NCBI RefSeq assembly: GCF_009914755.1
Contig: NC_060934.1
DNA: 64,000 nucleotides
Reading direction: 5' to 3' (one strand)
From: the human T2T-CHM13v2.0 reference genome, Homo sapiens
Shown: positions 57,639-64,000 of the stretch, piece after piece
Numbering within the stretch: position 1 is the stretch's first letter
Layout: every line of letters begins with the position of its first letter
Notes under the pieces: model-generated
Databases searched by the model: none
The model's input: only the letters and a program-made list of their open reading frames with translations
What the model was told of the DNA's origin: nothing
Position numbers and translations under genes: made by a program

Positions 57639-57845
57639 CCCACTTATCCAAGCCTCAGGCCACGCCCTAACAAGGCTGCTGGAGCTCTGGCTCAGGGGCC
57701 AACTTTTCCATAGCGGGGTCCAACCAGCCAAGAGTGGGAGGAAAAGACCGCGGTGAGAAACACAGCCGACGCCTCACTCAGCGGCCGTTTCCCCAAACCC
57801 CTGCGGAGCTGACACATCAACAAAGATGGCGGCGACACTGAAGCC
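57639..57845 (-). other. CCDC186: CCDC186 exon 1 (non-coding; TSS approximate)
   Basis: Consensus donor GGG|GTAAGT (57633-57638) downstream of the promoter motifs; alternative donors at 57601-57606 and 57772-57777. Confidence 0.75.
57729..57803 (-). ncRNA. MIR2110: pre-miR-2110 hairpin; mature 5p UUGGGGAAACGGCCGCUGAGUG at 57775-57796
   Basis: Sequence recognised from memory; arms are complementary (GGGGAAACGGCCGC-UGAG with CUCACCGCGGUCUUUUCCUCC). Confidence 0.9.
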
Positions 57846-59349
57846 GGCCCGGTTACAGCTGAGGGGGCGGGGGCTCCCTGGAGGAACCAATCAGCGCAGC
57901 GCGGGCGGGGTGACGCAGCACACCTTGAGGTCCTGGGTAACCTGTCTGCAGTGGGCTGGGCTGGCGGAGCTCACCTCCCACCTCCCGGCCCAGGAGGCCC
58001 CACCTTGCGGCCCGAGAGGCCCCGCCCCGCACTCCGCCTGGCTGGGCACCCACGCCTCCGCGACCTGGAGAGCCGGGTCTCCTGCCCTTTGGTCGGGTTC
58101 TTCCTTTCAAGCTCCTCCGGACCCACGCAGCCTGTTTCTTTCTGCAGGACGCTCTTGTTGGCTATTACTCCTCCTCACCCTTTGGCCTGCATGAGTCAGG
58201 GACATAAAGCAATAAAAGAGAATTTGAAATTGTGGCTTCCCGGCTCTCATGCGGAAACCTTGCACCTTACGTGGGCGGAGTCGGCTGGAGCAGGCTACGA
58301 TGGGGGAGACCTCTGGGGGTTCCATAACAGCGCGTTCGTGTCTTCAGCGTGGCGCTGCTGCCATTGTTTAATAATAAACTGTCGGTGCCTTCGTCTCTGG
58401 CTTCAAGCTGAGCGCATTGATGGTAGGAAGTGTCCTCTCCCGGCTGAGTAACCTGGCACGCAGCATGGCAACAAAAAGTGTATTGGGTACAGTTGCCTCG
58501 CCCGGCCCAGAGAAGGAAGGTCAGCAGTTCAGTCTCTGGAGGTTTCGCAAACCTCCTCAGTCCGGGGAAACGATGTTCTTTGGTTTAGGTCTTACACATA
58601 TCTCATGAATGAAAATAGCTGATGCAGACGATTCTGCAATGTAAGAATTTGTAAAGCAAAACTTACTACTGTTCTGTTAAGCGTCTTCGATACTGTTGGC
58701 AAAACACACACACGGAGGTGTAATGGCACCTCACTCCTCCTTAAATGAAGGTACTACACTGAAGCACATTTTGCAGTTAAAGTGTCTTGTCATAGAAAAT
58801 AAATGATTTGACTTTAAAACAATAAATCGACCAAGCCTTCCTAGGGAGACATTAATCCAAGGGGAAAAAACTGAAGAAACCTTAAGCTGTTTTCGGTACT
58901 CGTCAGTAATAACATAGGTATTACTATTTCTGAATATTTCTGAATTTATAATTAGTATAAAGTATATAAATATATCTTTGTGAACCAAGTTTTTCACCAT
59001 AAGAGAAAAGAAATACAAATATAAACCAAAGACATTATATTAAAATTCTGCAATCCTATATTTGAATTTACAAATATCAGAATTAACTCATGGTACATTT
59101 TTTTCGTGAAAAAAAAGGTGTGTCCACTGAAAACTCTTAGAACAGTGACCAACCCATTGCACACTCCTATTCCCCAGATTGTGATCTCTAAAGAGCATTG
59201 CCCAAAAAAAGTTACCTTGGCTTCTCTTGGAGGTTAAGTGCTGATTCCCAGTAGGGGCAAGAAATATGCAAGATAGCCTAGGACATATTGCTTGTAGCAG
59301 AAAGCAAGGAAGAAAAGCAAAGATAACATGAACTGTACCCAAAAGACTC

Positions 59350-61430
59350 AGAAGGCAGTTCAAAGATGCCCCAACTTCTCAAACAGGACAAATTTAGCAT
59401 TCAAAAATAATAACAGCAACTGGTTGAGACGCACTATGTAAAAAAATCAGTGAGTGCATTTATTTTTTTTAATGTCATTGACCCTCTTGGAAAGATGCCA
59501 ACAAGTCATTACAATCTGAGAACTGATAAAGAATCAAGCATTCATCCTACCTTTCCTGTTGCAAACTGAATGTCAATCAAATAGTCAATGTGGGGAAGCT
59601 CTTCTCTGTAGAACTCCATGTAATAATTGCAGAAAGAAAGATAGATGATCACCATTTTGCAAACCCTGATGAAATAATGGATCTAGGTAATGGTCATCTG
59701 TGAATCTAGAACCATTAGATGAAAAACTGATAGGAAGCTTCGTATTGTAATGGATGGATGGGGCTGGCACCACTTGAACCTACTAGATCAATCTTAATAT
59801 CCTCCAAAGTGAAACAACTACATACTATGTATTTTCTGAAATGCTACAATAGAGAAGCACAACACCACCTGTGAAGTATTCCTGCCGGGGGATGCAATCA
59901 ACAAAATTGAATGGAAAAAAAAAAAAACCCTGCAGTTACTGTAATAAATAAATTGCAAGAGAAGTACAGGATTTAAAGAGAAACCCCTTTTTAAAATATA
60001 TCACTGAGTGCAAATACAGGATGTTTTGATACTGATTTGAACATATCAACGATTTAAGATAACATCTGAATGGCTGGGTGTGGTGGCTCACACCTGTAAT
60101 CCCAGCCCTTTGGGAGGCCAAGGTGGGCTGCTTGAGCTCAGGAGTTTGAGACCAGCCTGGACAACACAGTGGGATCCCATCTCTAAAAAGAAAATTAAAA
60201 AATAACATTTGAGGTATCTGGAAATGTTTAGTATTAATTTTATGATATTAAGAAATTATGGCCAGGCACTATGGCTCACACTTGTAATCCCAGCTACTGA
60301 GGCAGGGTGATGGCTTGAGTCCAGCAGTTCAGGACTGCAGTGAACTATGACTGTGCCACTGCACTCTAGTCTGGGCGGCAGAGCAAGACCCTTTCAGAAA
60401 GAAAGGAAAGGAGAGGAAAGGAGAAAAAGGAGAAAAGAAAGGAAAGCAAGAGAAATTATTGTTTTTAAAGTTGGGATATGTTTTGGTGATATTACTTAAA
60501 AAGTGGTAATCTCTTAAAGACACCTACTTACAATATTTTTGGATGAAAAGATACAATATCCCAGAAAGTAATAAAGTGCTTAACAAACAAAATACCACCT
60601 GATGATAGTATGTGAAGGAACAGAAACCAACTGAAAGAGCTTCCTGTGGCCAAAGCTGGAAAAATCTGAGCAAGGAAATACAGTAGTTTTGGATTAGAAA
60701 AGTATAAAATAAGAAAAAAAAAGTATAAAATAAATATCCGAGTCCGTTATTAAATTAGTAAATGGAGAAGAGACAAATCTCCCATGCAGAAGAATTTCAA
60801 ATAATTTCTGCAGATACTGCATCCTCAAAGAGGGACAACATAACTCCCTACTCCTTAAATGTGGGCTTCAAATAATAGCTTCCTTCCAAAGTGTATAGTA
60901 TGAAAAGGGAAGGGAAAAAAAAGAATATAGTAGAAAGACCCAACAAACACTACCACAGCCAGATGACCAAATCCTACATCAATTGTCATAATCATATTCA
61001 TAGGATGTATGCTTGATATGATGCAATAAAAATGGCATTTTTACCTCTGTGGTCTTCCTTCCAATAACCCGTAACTCCTTTCCTACCAGCAGAAAAACAT
61101 CAGACAAATTCCAAAAGTAGGGCATCCTACAAAAGGCCTGAGAGTACTCCTGGAAACTTGACATCAAGGTCATCAAAACAAAGTCTAAGGAAGTCCCATG
61201 GCCAAGAAGAGCCTAAGGATCCATGAAAACTAAATGTAATATGATATCCTGATGAGATCTTGCATCAGAAAAGGGACAGTAGGTAAAAACGAAGGAAATC
61301 AAAAAGATGGGCTTTAGTTAATACTGTATCAATGTTGGTTCCTTGGTTCCTTAATTATAACAAATGTATCATGCTAACAGACCATGCTAATAATAGGGGA
61401 AACGATGTGGCTTCTGTCAGAACTCTGTAC
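59350..61430 (+). mobile_element. Old L1 (L1MC/ME-type) 3' fragments with partial Alus (60072-60203, 60259-60400)
   Basis: L1MC-like 3'UTR motifs (AAAACATCAGACAAATTCCAAA, AACTAAATGTAATATGATATCCTG). Confidence 0.6.
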
Positions 61431-61436
61431 AGCACC

Positions 61437-61765
61437 TTCTTTTCTTTCTTTCTTTTTCTTTTTTTTTTTTTTTTTGAGACAGTCTTGCTCTGTTGCCCAG
61501 GCTGGAGTGCAGTGGCAGTGATCTTGGCTCGGTGAAACCTCCGCCTCCTGGGTGCAGGCGATTCTCCTGCCTTAGTTTCCCAAGTAGCTGGGATTACAGG
61601 CGCCTGCCACCACACCCAGCTAATTTTTTTTTATTTTTTTATTTTAAGTAGAGACGGGGTTTCACCATGTTGGCCAGGCTGGTCTCGAACTCCAGACCTC
61701 AAGTGATCTGCCTGCCTCGGCCTCCCAAAGTGCTGGGATTACAGGCATGAGCCCCCACGCCCAGT
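61437..61765 (-). mobile_element. AluS element
   Basis: Alu consensus match. Confidence 0.92.
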
Positions 61766-61827
61766 CAGCACTTTCATTTCACTATTCTGTAAATCTGAAA
61801 CTGCTCTAAAAAATAAATTTAAAAGAC

Positions 61828-62400
61828 ACATCAACTAAAGAAAAAAAATCAGGCTTTTAAAGAATTGAAGTTAGTGAAGTTAGTTTTATTCAGAGTCTTA
61901 CTGAGGACTGCAACCAGGGAGAGCCCAGAGAATTTCTGTTAAACTACTCCAAAGCAGTGGGTCAGCACACTTTAAATATTAGGTGGTAGAGGTTCTGCCC
62001 AGGGGTTACATTAAAAGTGCCCAGAAGCTATATAAGATCAAAATATTTTCAAAGTTTGGGTGCGAGAGTAAGTCTAGGCATCATCATTAATCTTGTCCGT
62101 TAGGTACAGAAAAAGGCAAGGCCTAGATCTCTGAAAGTATCTTTTCTAAAAATGCAGTGACTCTGAGAGGTGGGAACCTGAGTTCTCTCCGCAGTCTTCA
62201 AGGCATTCTTCTGGAGGGCTGAGATGTTACTAAGTCAAGGGGTCTGAAATGCTGACAAACACAGTGAACAAACGTGGCTTTTTCACAGTGAGGGAGGACT
62301 ATGCTGGGGGCCAGAAGCAGACGTTCGCTACTTTGTCTCACATTTACAATTCTCGGATTTGCTTCAAAACATTGCCCGAAGAGTGCCTGGGCTGCAGATG
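61828..62400 (-). mobile_element. ERV1 LTR (MER67-like, tentative)
   Basis: AAGTTAGTTTTATTCAGAGTCTTACTGAGGACT resembles the antisense poly(A) region of this LTR group. Confidence 0.5.
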
Positions 62401-62589
62401 TAGACAAGATTAACCATGAATTGATAAGGTAGAAACTAGATGATAGGCACACAAGGGTTCCCTTATGAAATTGTTAGAAAAGTTCCATAGCAAAAAAAAA
62501 AAAAAACAAAACTTAAAAAGCTTGTCTTTAAGTAACACCAACAGGTATAATCACATGCCCTCAGTCAGGAAGCAAAGAAAAAAAGTATG

Positions 62590-62893
62590 AGCACGTGTGT
62601 GTTTACTTTCCAAGACCAGGCAGAGGCTGTTGATTATTTGGAAAACCTTGGAAGACCTTTAAGTGGCCACGGTGACCCAAGTGACCTTCGAGGAGACAAA
62701 GTCTGCATCTTTGCGCCCAAATTTGCCAAAGGCGTTGCCAGAGACATCTTTCTAGAAGAAGCTAGAACAAAATAAAAGTTTCTGCAAAGGAACTTTTTGA
62801 GCCTGTAACTAGAGCACAAGCTGCTTCCGGGGAAGGCGGAGGGAACACGTGGGCACATTGAGTTGCACGTGGACGCGGAGTGCGCAGGCGTGC
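62590..62893 (+). promoter_or_regulatory. TDRD1: TDRD1 proximal promoter
   Basis: CACGTG at 62592, 62846 and 62866; NRF1-like TGCGCAGGCGTG 62881-62892; ETS CTTCCGG 62824-62830; CpG-rich. Confidence 0.7.
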
Positions 62894-63040
62894 GCTGAGG
62901 CCAGGAGGGCGCACTGGGGATTGGAGGCGAGGGAAGTGCAGGGCGCATCCCAGGCGGCAGGGCTCCCAGCATCGGCAGTCGCCATCACCGCCAGACCGCA
63001 GAGACAGGTTCGGATCCGCGGTCCTCTTGCCTCTTTCCAG
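62894..63040 (+). other. TDRD1: TDRD1 non-coding first exon (TSS approximate; no CDS in this window)
   Basis: CpG-rich segment ending CAG|GTCAGG. Gene identity rests on recalled synteny with CCDC186/MIR2110, not on protein sequence. Confidence 0.7.
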
Positions 63041-64000
63041 GTCAGGGTTCCCAGGCGTATAGGGGAGGGAGAGGGCCTGCATGAAGGGGAAGGGAGGGGG
63101 CTTCGGTCGTTGGGGGCCAGACGTTGGGCGCTGGACGTTGAGGTTGGGCGTTGAGCGGGTACAAGGGGCCTGGAAGTGGAGAGAGGAGACTTGGAACCTT
63201 GCTGCGAGGGTTTGGTGTGGGAGGATTCTCTGAGTTTGGAAATAGCGCTTCCAGGCATCACTCCTTCAAATGCAAACGTTCACCTTCTCTCTAAGAGAAA
63301 CTTGCATGTGGATTCAGTGCCTTCGTTTGACTAAAAATTACGATACAAACAATATTAACATTTACTAGACTTTTTTTTCCCTACTTTCCTCCTATAGGAA
63401 AGGAAGATGTGCTAGGGCATTTACTTAGATGTGGGTCAGCTGGCGCTAGTTTGTTTAAGGAGTTCCTGCTGTGTGCCAGTAGCTTTTCCGGGCCCTAGGG
63501 TCCTTGCTATAAATACGTTAGCCCTGCTGGGCTTCTGAACTAAGGGAGCTAAATGCTTCCAGCTTCCTTAGTGAGGCAGCACGGTGCTGTATGCTTAAAT
63601 CCAAGGCCGTGGAGTCTGACCTGCGTTTTTATCTAAACTGTGTAAGGTGCTGGCCCTGGGTGGTTTGGTAAGTTATTCCAACTTCCCACGTCTCCCTTGT
63701 TTATCTGTAGGAATAACGAAATAAAAATACTTTAGTCCTCAAATTATTTTCATCTTAAGCCTGCAAGCTGGTTCCACAGGAATGGAAGAAATTTTGTGCT
63801 TGTAGGAGTGGTATAAAAGTAAAGCAGAAATAATAGCTGCCCTTTAAGCCCTTAGGAAGTACTAGCCACTGTGCTAAGTGATTTACTTCGTCTCTCATTT
63901 AATTCTCGTGATTAGGATTTGTGAGGAAGTTAACTACTGCCCTCTGCATTTTACAGTCGCTGAATCCTAGAAAGATGAAGTGATTTGCCCAAGATAGCGT

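Larger units (their letters stand above)
57280..58510. promoter_or_regulatory. CpG-island promoter of CCDC186/MIR2110
   Basis: High CpG density; YY1-type AAGATGGCGGC 57823-57833; GC boxes 57864-57872 and 57903-57910; CCAAT 57887-57891; CRE-like TGACGCA 57911-57917. Confidence 0.9.

Noticed and set aside
57064-58451. Several G/P/R-rich ORFs of 85-195 aa
   Set aside because: Expected stop-codon depletion in a CpG island; the same applies to 62634-63261.

Overview
This is primate, almost certainly human, genomic DNA. I recognise it from memory as the CCDC186 (C10orf118) / MIR2110 / TDRD1 locus. The entire CCDC186 gene lies on the minus strand. It has a non-coding exon 1 in a CpG island (~57.6-57.85 kb) containing the MIR2110 hairpin, 15 coding exons traced by hand (all GT-AG, phases consistent, 2697 nt = 898 aa + stop), and a ~4.3 kb 3'UTR. 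A UBE2V1 processed pseudogene lies at 737-3050 (+), and the CpG-rich promoter and first exon of TDRD1 lie at ~62.6-63.1 kb (+). The rest is Alu, L1, L2, MIR, LTR and DNA-transposon remnants; their boundaries are approximate and subfamilies are called by eye. I found no wholly new gene system. The best leads are: (1) a multi-layered CCDC186 5' leader with a miRNA hairpin overlapping a splice donor, two uORFs, an ATG-TAA start-stop and an in-frame ACG; (2) a ~283 bp copy of nearby flank pasted into the retrocopy; (3) an interleaved, pseudoknot-topology palindrome in intron 1; (4) a ~22 nt micro-Alu with a perfect 16 bp TSD.
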